From Takakia lepidozioides (lineage: Eukaryota > Plantae > Bryophyta): a stretch of 64,000 nt of DNA. The notes under the pieces are model-generated. The model had not been told where the DNA came from. It did not search any database and worked only from the letters and a program-made list of their open reading frames with translations. The stretch spans positions 70,804,001 to 70,868,000 of the forward strand of contig CM060732.1 in the NCBI GenBank assembly GCA_030704615.1, given 5' to 3'. The position numbers and the translations under genes are program-made. This document shows, in pieces, positions 26,956 through 39,889 of this stretch. Within the stretch, counting starts at the first letter, position 1; each line of letters begins with the position of its first letter.

Positions 26956-27474
26956 TATATGTTCTTGGATACTTTCATGTTGCCACATTGGCAGTCACAT
27001 GCCAAAAAAAATTATACCGCCATAGATCAACCCAACAAGCTAACTTGTAGAATTCAACATGGAAATTTGGGTCGACTATGATAAGAGGGCAAAACAGGCT
27101 GAAATGTGTTGAAGAATGAGCCGTTACCACTTTGTCCTTGACCTCGTGTCATGGCAACTAGCTTTTCTTTCAACCATGGAGGATTCAACCGACCAGCAAC
27201 CCAACTCCTTTACTGAAACCAAGACGAGCAAACCTGCTTCCGACTTCAGTGAGAGAAAACAAGGGCAAACAAAGCAAAATTCACACATTTGCACAAGGCA
27301 TACGCTCCTGCACACCCACTCCATACGCAAGGCCTTGTCCTCTCATTTGGCTCATACGAGAGGCCTCACATCATGCTGAGTTGGAAATGATTTCGCACAG
27401 GACGAATTTCTTCATGCCCCGATTCTAGGGTTTGAGTCCATGTCTGCCCCCTATCCCACCAGCTCCGCTCGTCG

Positions 27475-27630
27475 TCTCTCATGATCAGACTCGACCCTAA
27501 AACAAAACAAACATAGCTCCGCCCTGTTCGACGTCTCTCGTGATCAGACTCGACACTAAAAGAAATCAAACACAGCTCTGTCGTGATTGTCATCTCTCAC
27601 AATCAAACTCAACACAAATAAAACAAACAG
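27475..27630 (+). repeat. ~59-bp tandem repeat (about 2.6 copies) inside the Pack-CACTA
   Basis: tctctc(a/g)tgatcagactcgac.ctaaaa.aaa.caaaca.agctc recurs at ~27475, 27534 and 27593. Confidence 0.75.
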
Positions 27631-28879
27631 ATGGCATGGGAGACAAAAAACGCTAAGTCCCCTCTACTCATGACTGGATGGATAAGAAGACATTACCTTT
27701 ATCATAGTAATTCCACTGTGGAGTGATTGAGTTAAGAATCTAAGATCGTTATTTTTCAGATATGAGCCAGGCATGAGTCCAGGGAATTCTTAGGGAACCA
27801 GGGAACATGGAACCAAGACAAGTTATTGAAAATAGATTTTCCCTTGTATTTGTTTATTTTTTTTAAAGGTGTTATGTTTAAAGAGCCTGGTTGGTCATAT
27901 CTTTGTCAAATGAGCTCCGTTTGACGCAGTTTTGGGGGGCATAGCTGCAGAAAGGGGAAATCTACTTATCTAGTTATTTGGACCTGACAAAAAATCTATA
28001 GAATTTTTCTAATGTAAATTAGATCCTCGATAGATGGATGGATTTTGGGTTTTCCATCAATACATCCATCCATTCATTTGTTTTTCCATTTTTTGGCCAT
28101 TTTAATTTCATCCATTCATCCAAAATAAATCTTTAAATGAGTTTCACTGTCAGTTCATCCAATTGCTGTCAGCTCAGCGTTTGCACTATCATTCGTTCAT
28201 ACGTTCATCCAGTGCACAAAAGCTATGTTTTGATACGTTCATCCAAAAGTTGCTAGCAAGACATTTGTGTATCATTCGTTGAGATAATACAGTTGTTTTG
28301 TTTCACTAACCTCAACCAGCAGTCGATTAGTTTTATTGTTAATCTGCTGGGTCAATGAAACTGTAGTTAAATATTTTTACTACTTATTATCCTCATACTT
28401 AACGCGACCTAACAACCTTAAATTCGAGCAATCCTAATTCATCCTAATCATTCATTCATCCATCCATTCATTCACAGGGTGTGGCTTAGTGCCCACGAGC
28501 AATGATATGTTGACACGTCGTCATTTGCAATCACATCTTGCATATGTTTCATCCATTTATGTTTGCATCGTCCACGTAAACATTCCTTGGGCAACCGGCA
28601 ATCGCCACGTGCAGTTGTGAATACTAACAGTCATACATTCTCATGCCCACGTCATCCTGTTGCAGTTTGGCCATGACTCCTAGTTGTATCTACCATCTTC
28701 CCCTATCTGGTCAAATGTGTTTGACCACAGATCCTGACGTGGCGGAGGTACAAGGTGGCATATACGACTTCTGTTGGTCACAAATTGCAACCAGGACTGC
28801 CTCCTTGCATTTTGTAGACATATATGCTACGACTGGGCAAATGTAGCAGATGTTAAAGCCGGAATCTGTTGTAGTGAAT

Positions 28880-30640
28880 GATGGAAACACCGATGCATCT
28901 GAAGGGTTTTCTGACGGTGAAATTGAGACGATGCAAGGAGTGACATCATCTTTGATGCATAATGGCTCTTCGTTGGATAGTGGCAACATCTCGAGAGAAA
29001 TACAAGCACACTCGAGGGAGAATATTGAGGAGAATGTGCCACGGCAATCAACAAGACAGAAACGTCTACCAAAGAGGTACATTGACTTTATTATGTCCAT
29101 AGAAGAGTAGGAACCCGTAACCTTTGAAGAAGCGATTGTGAGTAGAGGCTGGAGAGAAGCTATAAACTTTGAAATGGAGTCGATCGCTAAAAACAAAACG
29201 TGGGAGTTGGTAGATCTTCCTTCGGGGAAACAACCCATAACAACAAAATGGGTGTACAAGATAAAGATGGGATCAACTGGAAAGCCTGAAAAATTAAAGG
29301 CAGGGCTTGTGGCTAGGGGATTCCAACAGGTTGAGGGTTTGGATTATGATGAGACGTTTGCCCCAGTGATAAAATGGGCAACAATCATAACCGTTATTGC
29401 CATGGCTGCTCATGAGGGATGGGAGATCAATCAATTAGACGTGAAGACCGCTTTTCTAAATGGGGAGTTGAGAGAGGAAGTGTATATGATGCAACCTGAT
29501 GGATTTATCAAGCCAGGAGAAGAAGGAAAGGTCTGCAGATTAAGAAGAGCATTGTACGGATTGTAGCACGCTCCAAGAGCCTGGTATGAGAGGATAGACA
29601 CCTACTTGAGAGCACATGGTCTCAACAGAAATGAATCAGATTGTAATCTATATTTCTTCAATAAGGACGACAAAACAGTCATTCTAGCACTCTATGTGGA
29701 TGACCTATTGTTGACTGGTAGCGATACTACCAAGATTAGCTGGCTCCAAACCCAACTCGAGAGTGTCTTTGAAATGTCTAGCCTTGGCCTACTGAGCAGA
29801 TATCTTGGAGTAGAGTTTACCTATGTTGACAAAAGGATATTCATGGGGCAAAAGCTCTACATCATGGACATGTTGAGAGAATTTAACATGGAAGACTGCG
29901 AAACGAGCAAAATGCCTATGGCAGAGGGACTCAGGTTAGCAGCAGATATGGGGACAGAAGTAGTAGATGCAACAATGTATCGGAGAATGGTGGGGAAGTT
30001 TCTCTATTTGACCAATACTAGACCCGACATCAGTTATGCAGTTGGAATAGCAAGCAGATTCATGGAGAGGCCTGAGGAAATGCATCTCGAAGTAGTGAAG
30101 CACCTATTGAGATACCTCAAAGGAACAACTGATTTGGGAATCATGTACTGGAGAGGTGACTCTAATGTCATCAACGGATATTCTGACTCCGATTGGGCTG
30201 CGGACTATGACAGCAGAAGATCAACAAGTGGCTTCATTTTTAGGTTGGGAGCAGGGCCCATAGGCTGGCTGAGTAAACGTCAACCAAATGTAGCCTTATC
30301 ATCGACAAAGGCTGAATATAGGTCATTATCAGATAGCACCAAGGAGTCTGTTTGGCTGAAGCGAATGCTTCAAGAATTGAGTCTTGCAGACGAAAGGGTG
30401 CATATTCAGATGTACTGTGATAATCAGAGTTGCATTAAGATAGCGCATAACCCTGTTTTTCAAACACATAGAAGTCCAATATCATTTTGTTCGAGAATAG
30501 ATCTTGTTAGGAAACCTAGAGGTCAATTATGTCTCAACCACCGAATAAATAACAGACATTCTGACAAAAGCCTTAGGAAGACTCAAGTTTGAGAAGTGCA
30601 GATTCGAAGTAGGCCTGAGGAGAGAGGTCCAAACTAGAGT
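28880..30640 (+). pseudogene. copia RT-RNase H, with stops
   Basis: ORF pieces 29138-29566 and 29606-30592 contain WELVDLP, YDETFAPV, LYVDD, TRPDISYAV and YCDNQSCI. Confidence 0.93.
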
Positions 30641-30665
30641 TCTATAATTGTGGTTTGAGAGGGAG

Positions 30666-30953
30666 TGTAGAAATATCAAACCACCTCATCTGTAACTATA
30701 AAGTCAGGGTTATCTGTAACACACAAATAGAACTAGAGTTAGCAAGATTTGCTGTAAAGTAGTTAGTCATCAATGAAAGAGACAACTGGGTAGATAGAAA
30801 TTAAGCTGATAGAGTTATTAGCACACGGCATGTTGTAAACATAGGTAGGTGAGGTAACCGATATAAGACCTGTAAGTCTGTGTCTCAGATTACCGTTCTT
30901 GTGGAGATCTATTATAGTAAAGCTTGAGCTTTATGTTGCTGAGTTTTGTAACA
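30666..30953 (+). repeat. 3' LTR of copia element
   Basis: Near-identical to 21404-21691 and followed by the TSD CGTCA at 30954-30958. Confidence 0.97.
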
Positions 30954-32259
30954 CGTCAACCTCCCCCAATCGAAGAGCCCTGGTAATCTCCTAGCCCATT
31001 GATCCTGCCCCCAAATCTGAGCATTACTGGAGAGGAGCCATATGCAACTAGCCGCTTGTTTGAGACACAAATCTGCCCAGTTAAATTACGTTGGAATTGG
31101 TTTTAAAATGACAAAATCTGTATGAATTGCACATAACCAAATTGAATCAACCGACGTGTGCCCTCCGCACATGGATATGTGTGATGACAAGAAATTGCCT
31201 TAGTTCATAGCTTGAGACCTCTAGCCATCAGTCAAAATACAAACTTGAATGCCACCGCACTATGTACATACAGATATTCCCTGTAGGAAACCGGATCATC
31301 TTCCATCCAACGGAGGATAGAAGTACCGCATAAATCTGACGGTCCTAAATGAAGTTAGGCTTGTGTCAGCCCATGACCGCATGCAGAGAGTGGGGACAGC
31401 TGACATGGAACCACGGAATTGAACAGTCTCATTCAGATACAGTAACATTGAGATGCTCTCAACATATATTCAATTGGAAGTTGGATCAGTAAGACAAACA
31501 CACATACTCCACAACCATATGCCTTCACGGAACACAAAGCTTATTTAAGTACATGAAACTGTTTTGTAGTTGACAAAGGTGTGGAGACAGCAGTTCAAAA
31601 GCCTTCCAGAAACTTGTTCAATAGTCCAAGTATAACAGTGAAGGACACCATCCTTACATTATCGTACACATACATTGTTGAGCACCAAAAAACCCCCTAA
31701 GACTCTCTTGTGGATTGACCACTGACATTTGAGACTGTATACCTGGAAGATATGGAGTAACCTGCAGACTAGAATTAAAATGCAATGAAAGGGAGCGGTT
31801 TTAACTTTGTGATGGTCACTCGCTAAATAGATTCACACCCACCACCATGATCATCATGCAGAACAGCGAATAGGTGCTTCTACTCCCCAGAGACTACATA
31901 GCTCCCAACACTTGAGTGGTCATGCTCATACGCAACCACATACTCTTTATATATACAGTTTCCAAGAACTCTGGGTCTCTGTTACAGTTCCAGACATGGG
32001 GTAACACTCATCCATGATATTGGCTGAAATCAAGACATAATCACACGGTTCTTCCTCTAAATCTCAAAGCTGCAGCTGCACATGATAGATTCTTCTTGCA
32101 TGTTGGACCGAGAACATGCTTGCTTCTATCAATCATAGAGCTAAGGGGCAGCATCTGGACTTCTCCCCAATGGTAAGAAGATCTGCATACACAAGACCCC
32201 TGTATGTATCAACTACACTATGTCAACCAGTGGAGTTGACAAAAAATTTAGGAACATGC

Positions 32260-33998
32260 TCACTTTACACTAGCAGGTGCAGAAGAACATTGCCCCTTCA
32301 CCTCCAGTGTCAAGGGCTTCACCCCACATCGACGCTTCCATAGAGGCTCTTCAGTCAGGGGCTTGGCTGGGGCCATGTTTGGGGCTGTGATTTCACTCTG
32401 CCGAAATCTGCCCGAGCAGAGAGCTTGGGCAGATTGCACTTCAGCCAGAGTCAGTTCTGGAGGACCTCTTCCTTTGCACTCTTCTTCCGACAGCATCATT
32501 GACTTGGCAAAATGTCGTCCACTCTTACTCTGCAATTTCGAGTTGGTAAGTGAAGGAGCACCTGAACCAGTACAACCAGAGCGGAATCGACTGAGGTCAA
32601 TTTCAAACTCCTGCTCGGATGCAGGTTGAGAGCTTGGATTCATAGTGCCCTTGGCTCCCACAAGCTGCTTCCACTTGAAGGGCTTTGATTGGCCTGAACA
32701 TGGGGAGCCTGGTGGAGCAGCTGCACCTTTTTGTAGCTTCGCCTGACTTCCTTGCCACTTGATGTCCATTTGTTTCCTCACTGTGTCCACTGCCTTTACC
32801 TTCTTGGGTGGCCTCATTCGCACCTAGCAAAATTGAACAAAATTTGGTCAAAATTACTGGCTGTATGGACTACATCTCCTAATATTTGGGATGCTCTCCG
32901 ATTAAAAGACATGATTGGCAGGAGCTCCCTGGAGACCCCAACAAGATACCTACATGAGAGTCCATTCTAGCCCATGCAAACGTGCACCTAGGAAGACTAC
33001 TTTTTGCAGCATAGGAAGGAGTGTATTCTGGTGCTAGACAAACCTTGTAAAGTACTCTAAAATGGAAATAATTGCCTAGTACAGGGCCCCATTGTATTGA
33101 ACATCATGTGGTTGTGTTGCGTATCTAAGAGGTGGCAGGTGAGTGTCACCTGTCCTATGCAAGTCACCACGGGTGACGTTGGTTCATCACCACTCAGCTG
33201 GTCATTCCGGGCCCCATCCATGAACCAAGAAAGTTTGGCCGTTGTCTGGGCCGTTGCTCCTGGGCTCCCTTTCTTGAGCCCATTGATAGGGGGCGGCGAG
33301 GGAGCCATCTGAGAATAAAAAGCACAACAATTTCAGAGCTAGAACCAATATACTAGTTCTCTCTCTCTTATGAGCCCTTTGCGCTTTCTTCTCTGTTGGG
33401 TATGTCTGTGTACGCCCTCCCCCCCCCCCCCAGGCTTGACCAACCCCAGGATATGAGTTTGAATTCTGGGGTAGTCTTCTCTTTGTCTAATATCTCTATC
33501 TTAAAACTCACGCCCTTCCTGAAGGCTTATTGCTTCTGACCGCCCAAGTAAGGTGCCGACGGGCAAAACTTGAGAAACTCGGACAACACGCTTCAATGTC
33601 TAGGGATCCGCCTGGATACGGCGAATTCTAACATATATCTTCGGAAATGAAACCCTCAAACACACAGAATCTCTTTCAAACAGCTGTGAAATGAGAAGTA
33701 CAAAAATAGAAGAGCATGGTGAACTTACCATGTAGACGGAATTGGGTCTAAAGCACGCAAACATGCTGCTGCCAGACCGGGGGGATTGACCCGAAACCGC
33801 AAGCCCTTCATATCCTCTACCGTCCGAATCTCCAATGATTTCACATGCCACTCGCGAATCCATGCCAATGCATCTAGAACTTGCCATAGTGGACGAAGTG
33901 TGGACCTCCGAAACCCCTCCTTCTTTCACCTGTCTGCCACCGGTACAAGTTACAAACTGGTTCACAGACGGGAAGCTCCTCCGTGCTACGCGGGTCAT
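32260..33998 (-). CDS. Plant-specific uncharacterised protein of the 'EPTSPxVTCIGQVR ... LWKRR' family (At1g76070-like); exons (33998 or 33887)-33729, 33308-33150 and 32823-32260
   Basis: Phase-0 GT-AG junctions join ..FRPNSVYM|MAPSPP..GDEPTSPVVTCIGQ|VRMRPPKK..EEPLWKRRCGVKPLTLEV. The start codon is uncertain. Confidence 0.75.
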
Positions 33999-36900
33999 GT
34001 CGTAGTGGCCAGACGGATGCACACAACCAAGAGTCGGCCAAAAGCGGCTAATGCTTTGTAGACACTCAGCTCCCAGGGAAGCTATGGCTAGTAGATCTGC
34101 ACAGGCAAAGAACTGTCCCTAACTAAACCTTTTCCAATCCTCTGCACTCCGTTCCGGATGGTTCGATGGTCCATCCCCCTCCTTTCTCTTCCGTATCTAC
34201 CAGCCTACATGCAACTTCTACAGCTTCCTCCTCCTCCCCATCAAAGCTAAGCTCATCGTCGCCATCTCCACACAGAATGCTTGTGCAAGATACAGACGGC
34301 GTGTCCAAAGATCAGCAGCAGAGTGGAAGCAAGATCATATATTCCCTCCACACATTCCCAAGCACCACAGACTCGGTCTGGTCAAACCGCGCGGTTCAAC
34401 TGCGCGGCAACAAGCGCCCACCCCTGCGCCGCCTCCTCCCTCGCCAACTTTTTCTCCGGGTCAAGCCCAAGATTTCACCGGGCCAACGTCTTCTTCCGTT
34501 CTTTAGATTCGCAGGGTCTTAAGTTGGAGGCAACTGCAGTCTGCAGGATGACCTCACGTCAACAAAGCCAACTCGGATAGCAGACTAGGGTTTCGAGATT
34601 GTCTTGGTTAGTTTTCCTGGTGACTTTGGGGATATCACGATATCACGGGCAGGACACTTGTTTACGAGTGTGAGGGATCTTGAACTAGTCAATCGTTTGC
34701 GAGGGGAGGGGATGAGCACTGTGATGCATGAGGCCTGCAGTGGAGATGGTGGGGACATGAGCGAGGTTGACAAGAAAGCATGCAACTGTCCGCAGGATGC
34801 CACGAGACAGCGGAAACCGGCCCTCAACAGTTGTCTGGGACTCGCCCTGTCCACGTTTTGCTCACTTAGCAGGTCGGATCTGAAACCTGTGGGGTTTTGT
34901 CAAAGTGGTGGACCCTTTCTTTTGTTGTAAGCAACTTGATCGGTGTTGACAATTACCTTCTTGTCAATTTCAATCAGTAGTGGTGAGTTGACTACCAGAT
35001 CTTGGCTTAAGAATGTACGTACTCTTAAGACATTTCAGGAAGGACCGTCCCCGTCCAAGGGCCTCACCTACCACTTTTTTTTTTCACATTTCCAAAATCG
35101 CAGGCAGGGCGACATGTAGATTCTACCCAACGCCCATGTGGCGAGAAAAACGAGGTGACAGAGCTAGAAAAGCGGCTATGTTACAGGTGTCATATCTTAA
35201 CAGGTCCACGTAAATCTAGCTCCTGGTATTTAACCTTTGGCGCTTTCTGGCGATTTTCTTGATTTTTATTCCCACAATTCCTTAGTAAAAATAGCTGACC
35301 CATTTTCCAGGTCGGAATCTGGCGATTTTTCGCCAGATTTTAAAACACTGACCCCTTACACATCACCAAAACTGTACTGAGATCTGACCGCTGAATCATG
35401 TGCCTAACCACATCCCTATTTCCACCTCAAATATCACCATTTTCTCAGTAGCTAAGAATTGGAATCTCTTAATTTTTTGTGAGCATGAAAATTTGCTCAA
35501 CTGCAACCTCTGCAGAATAGGAAACAAAATTCGCAAAACTTATTATTGAGATTCCTAAATGGCTGAGCCAGACAGGTAGTTCGAAAATGTTGTTGAACGA
35601 TCTATGGGTTTACTTCAGTTTGGATTGATCCATCGTCCTTTGGAAACGCTTGCTCAAGGGATGGTGGCCTCAAAGCTTTATATATATGTGCGTAAAAATC
35701 GCGAAATACATCCTGGGGGAGAGTCAAAATGGGGGTCTGGGGAGGAACAAATAACCTCCTATAAGGCCGTGAAGGCGTATCGCATGGGGTACACCCAAGT
35801 GACCGAAGGGAAGGGGGAGAAGAGGTGGTGAACTAAAAGGGTGTAGGCCCTGATCTGAGAAGAAGCAAGGCAGACATGGGAGAGTCTGGCGTTGGACAAG
35901 CTAGGTGACAGACACTATCACATACACAAGACGGGGTGTACCGTTGTAATCTATCACCCAAGTCTGGGTAGTGATCTGCCCTTCCTGCTCTACGCTCCAA
36001 AGTCCAACTGCACCTTTGATTTGTAAGAGCTCAGTTTCTGGTGTCTCCAATTAATATCCGGTGCTTCAGAGTCAGCTGGCGATTTGCCAAGCCCTGGGGA
36101 TGTTGTCATTCCAAATGACTCTAGAGTCAGATATCCTGGTGCAGATGATGCTGTCTTTAGCCCAGGTGATGTCGAAGTCCGAGAACAGTTGTTGCCTCCT
36201 CCCTTCATTACACCTGCTGGAAGCAGAGATGGCGAAGTTGACACCAATGTGCATTTTGGAGCCTTTTGGGAAAACGTCAGATAAAATCTATGTGTTTAGG
36301 GGTACGTGGTGATATTGAACCGTCTTCATATTATTTTTCATAGGAACATATTAATTATTAATTGGCACTATTTATGTTGGATGGTTCTTGCTTTTTTAAG
36401 GATCTAATTCTAGTAATTTGAATTGAGAAAATCCGGTTCCAATCTTTTGAAAATGAGGACGATTCTGGTTCCTGATATTTGCTGAAAACATCAGCGTTTC
36501 CGATTCGGTTTCGATTCTGTAAATAAATAAATAATATTAAATTATTGAAAAACATTTATGTCTGGAAAAAAAAAAAACTAAAGTTCTAATGGTGAATTCA
36601 GTATTAATACATATTTCTACGAGATATGAGTTCTAGTTCATGACATTTTTTCCCCAAAGAAACATCCATGAAACCATGTGACCATTCACAAATTGGGGCC
36701 TTTACCAGAGCTCATTCACCGTGAGGCGTCAACTTACATAAGGCTTGAGGGACTGTCCTAAAAAATCACATCCCAAGAGGCAAGAAGGTTTGAACCCATC
36801 ATCATTTTGTGGCACAAAAAAGTCACACTCTGAAGAAAAAGTATGAACACTGCATTGGGAACTTGGCTTGAAGTCCAGAATGCATAACACAAATGCCTTT

Positions 36901-37156
36901 TAATACTCCACAACACAGCCTAGATGAGAAGGGGGGGTGGCATTGACTCCTACACCTACAAAACAAGACCTAGACCCGCCTATCAACCAGCTTTGGTCGT
37001 AGGTCTAGCATGGATAAGCACCACCTATCAACCAACCGGGCCGGTGGTCGATTGTGGATAGGCACCACCTATCAACCAATGGTGGTCAAGTGATAATAAT
37101 AATATAATATATGACTCATTCGGAAGGAAGCGAAAAATAAATATAGACGCCTCCTG

Positions 37157-37304
37157 AAGGAAGCGTAAATTATGGTGTCACCACAAGGGCTACTACCTTC
37201 CAGCTGAAAGGTGGACACCTTCATGACACCAGACCGTGATTTGAGCCCACAACCACATCCAACGTCGTATGTGCCCATTACCACTGGGCTACATGCTGGT
37301 TGTC
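37157..37304 (-). mobile_element. tRNA-derived SINE, copy 1
   Basis: On the minus strand, an A-box-like TAGCCCAGTGG and a B-box-like GGGCTCAAATC. The body is shared with 40435-40579, and partial 3' copies lie at ~37305-37365 and ~38085-38160. Confidence 0.7.
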
Positions 37305-38404
37305 TCCAAAGAAGCATAAGTTATGGTGTCTCTTGATCCCCAAGGGCTACTACCTTCCGGCGGTAAACCCTAAGACTCAGGCTCTGCCCTCCTCACTATA
37401 GGGGGCTTAAACTGGTGAACCTCCTTGCCCTAGTTCTTTACCCTACACTTAAACAACCTATGAAAAATAAATAGATGTTTTTTCAGGTTTATTGTTCACA
37501 CACAGCCATATGCAACTAGCCGCTTGTTTTGACAATGAATAGGCTAGTAATATATAAAGACTAGCTCATTCTTGAACCTCCTAACTCCTAACCTTCAATC
37601 TGTCAAAGACCACACATATCACCAATATGAGAGAACCATCCAGCATGAGTTTTAGAGGTGACAAGGAGAGCCGGCTAATTCCTGTGAATAGAGAGAGGCA
37701 ATAACAATGACCTAACTTCTAACTTCATCCCTCAACCATGAAGCACATGCCCATGGAGAAAACACTCCACGACAAGACCTTACCAAAACAACTTAGTGAA
37801 GGGGACCTATAAACATCGGTTGATTGAGTGTTAGACATGCATCTTTGCAGGCTCACCTATCACAAGCACCCCATCCCACCTCAAACTTTTTCAGTCCTAC
37901 TAATGCAAGCCACACAAAAAGGATGGAGAATCAATGTACACGTAAGAATTTAGTGTCATGTTCGTTGGGCTTTACTCATATGAAAAACTTGAGTGGTTTT
38001 TTAGTGCAAAAACGATAATTGGGCCCCGATTGATAATAAAAGGTTCTTGTTAATGGAGAACACTAGGAACAATAATATACAATGTCTCCCAAAGGAAGCG
38101 TAAAATATGTTGTCTTTTCATCCCTGAGCACTACTACCTCCCCACAGGAAGGTGGACACTAGGAATAATGTAAGAACTTAATGCACAAACATGTGCAATA
38201 TCTGACATGGCGGACGCCTTCATGACAGGGAGCCCTGCCGGAGAACCCAACGTTGCTGGAATTTGGTGAAAGTACAATCATACGGCTACATTAGCCCACA
38301 TGCAATTGCCAGTGGGGCTATGCTATGGCCACCTTTTATTCGGACAGCTTGCTAGATGTCCAATTTCTTTGCTTAATGTTTTTTTGGAAACGATTGCGTA
38401 TGTA

Positions 38405-39213
38405 TCAATATAGTTTGCTTGTTCTTTTGTTCGTTTTGTTTTGTTTTTAGCGTTGAGATCTCCCAGACCGCGGGCCCCAGTGTTTGGTACAGTTGCGATG
38501 AGGAGGGTGCAGTGACCTGGTCTCATAATTTTTGGACATGCGGTGTGGGAGGTGTCAAGTACCTTTGGTTGCTGGGAATTCGTGAAAAATAGCAAAGTGG
38601 GCTTTCCTGGAACAATTATTGGCCCTTCATTTGTCTTTTGTGCACATGGACATAGCTGAAAATTGGGCTTTTGTAAAATACTGGTATTCACAATATTGTT
38701 TGTAGTATTGTTGAGATCTCCCAAACCCCTGGGGGATTCTGGCCACGCTTTATGTATAGTTGGAAAACCCTCGATGAGTAAGGGTGCACGGACTTGGTTT
38801 CACAAAATTGGTCACTAAATTTTTTAACTAAATCACAAAATCAAGTGTTGGAAAGACAGTGGAGGTTGCACTTGTGCTTAGATGGAGACCATAATTTTGG
38901 TACCATTGGAAAGCCATTGATGAGTAGGGGTGCATCGACTTGGTTTCACAAAATTTGGACCTATAGGTCGAGATTTATAGAAATATGAATAATTTTGGTC
39001 GCTGAAAATTCAACAGTTACAATATTAAGTTTTGGAATGACACTTGAGGTCGGACTTGGGCCTCGACATGGGAGACACACTTGAATACATATGAGATTGC
39101 ACTTGGGCTTAGATGGGCCTTAACATATGGGACGCACTTGGAGACATAGGAAATTGCACTTGGTCTTACATTTCAATTCTTCATACATGGGCCAATGGCA
39201 CATGCTACCCTAG
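38405..39213 (+). mobile_element. Non-autonomous Helitron, unit 1
   Basis: Starts A|TCAATATA. Ends with the imperfect hairpin gggccaatggcaca followed by CTAG. Homologous along its length to 39214-39889. Confidence 0.75.
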
Positions 39214-39889
39214 TCAATATATGAAGCGAGGTAGTTTAATGTTTGTTTGGTTTGTTTTGTAGCGTTGAGATCTCCCAAAGAGTGGGGCCTAGCCCTGGTG
39301 CTTAGTACCGTAGGAAAGCTCTCAATGAGGAGGGGTGGAGGGCCTTGGTCCCATAATTTTTCGATCTGCGCTGTGGGAGATATGGAATTTCAAGTACTTT
39401 TGGTCGTTGGAAATTCGTGAAGCAAAGTGGCTTTCTTGGAAAAATGATTGGTCCTTCACTTGTCTTTTGTGCCCGAGGACATAAATGTAAATTGGTTTGT
39501 AGTGTCATTGAGATCTTCCAAAATGCGGGGGCGATCTCCCAAACCGTGACACGATTTTGGTACTGTTGGAAAGCCCTCGATGGGTAAGGGTGCACCAACT
39601 TGGTTTCACAAAATTTGGATCTTATGCGCTAAGAGTTATGGAATTATGAACAATTTTGGTCGCTAGAAATTTAACTATATTGCAAAATCGAGTGTTCGGA
39701 GGACACTCGAGGTCGCACTTGGGCCTTGAAATGGGAGACGTATTTGGATACATAGGAGATTGCACAATGGGCTTATATGGGCCTCGACATAGGAGATGCA
39801 CATGGGATATGCCTTTTGATACACATGAAATTGCACTTGGTCTTAGATTTCAATTGCTCACACATGGGCCAACGGCACAGGCTACCTAG
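39214..39889 (+). mobile_element. Non-autonomous Helitron, unit 2 (directly abutting unit 1)
   Basis: Starts TCAATATA immediately after the CTAG of unit 1. Ends gggccaacggcacaggctacCTAG|T. Confidence 0.75.

Larger units (their letters stand above)
24149..28876. mobile_element. Non-autonomous CACTA (En/Spm) element carrying host gene fragments (Pack-CACTA), 4728 bp
   Basis: Left end CACTAATAGAAAATCCGGCTTT; right end AAAGCCGGAATCTGTTGTAGTG (reverse complement CACTACAACAGATTCCGGCTTT). 3-bp TSD AAT at 24146-48 and 28877-79. Both subterminal zones are rich in short repeats (acgtgg/ccacgt, tatgact). No transposase is present. Removing the element rejoins the copia linker as ..PATIQERALS-NDGNTDASEG.. 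Confidence 0.92.
21404..30953 (+). mobile_element. Full-length but inactivated Ty1/copia LTR retrotransposon carrying a nested CACTA insertion
   Basis: 288-bp TG..CA LTRs at 21404-21691 and 30666-30953, 5-bp TSD CGTCA on both sides, PBS TGGTATCAGAGC and PPT (TGAGAGGGAG). Domain order is gag (CYNCGEPSHWAREC), protease (WYFDSRAS), integrase (LVHTDLCGP, LRSDRGGEF, QNGVSER), RT (QLDVKTAFLNG, LYVDD), RNase H (GYSDSDWA). Confidence 0.97.

Noticed and set aside
24114-28851. Alternative insertion boundaries using the inverted match cacctgctaca / tgtagcagatg
   Set aside because: No TSD at these ends. The CACTA..TAGTG ends with the AAT TSD explain the insertion and rejoin the copia linker.
37230-37304. 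Functional tRNA gene
   Set aside because: A- and B-box-like motifs are present, but I cannot fold a cloverleaf. The sequence continues into a shared repeat body, so it is called a SINE.
31037-37529. Element bounded by the shared 25-mer gccatatgcaactagccgcttgttt (31037 and 37505)
   Set aside because: The copies are in direct orientation, short, and have no TSD. They are more likely two remnants of a dispersed repeat than the ends of one unit.
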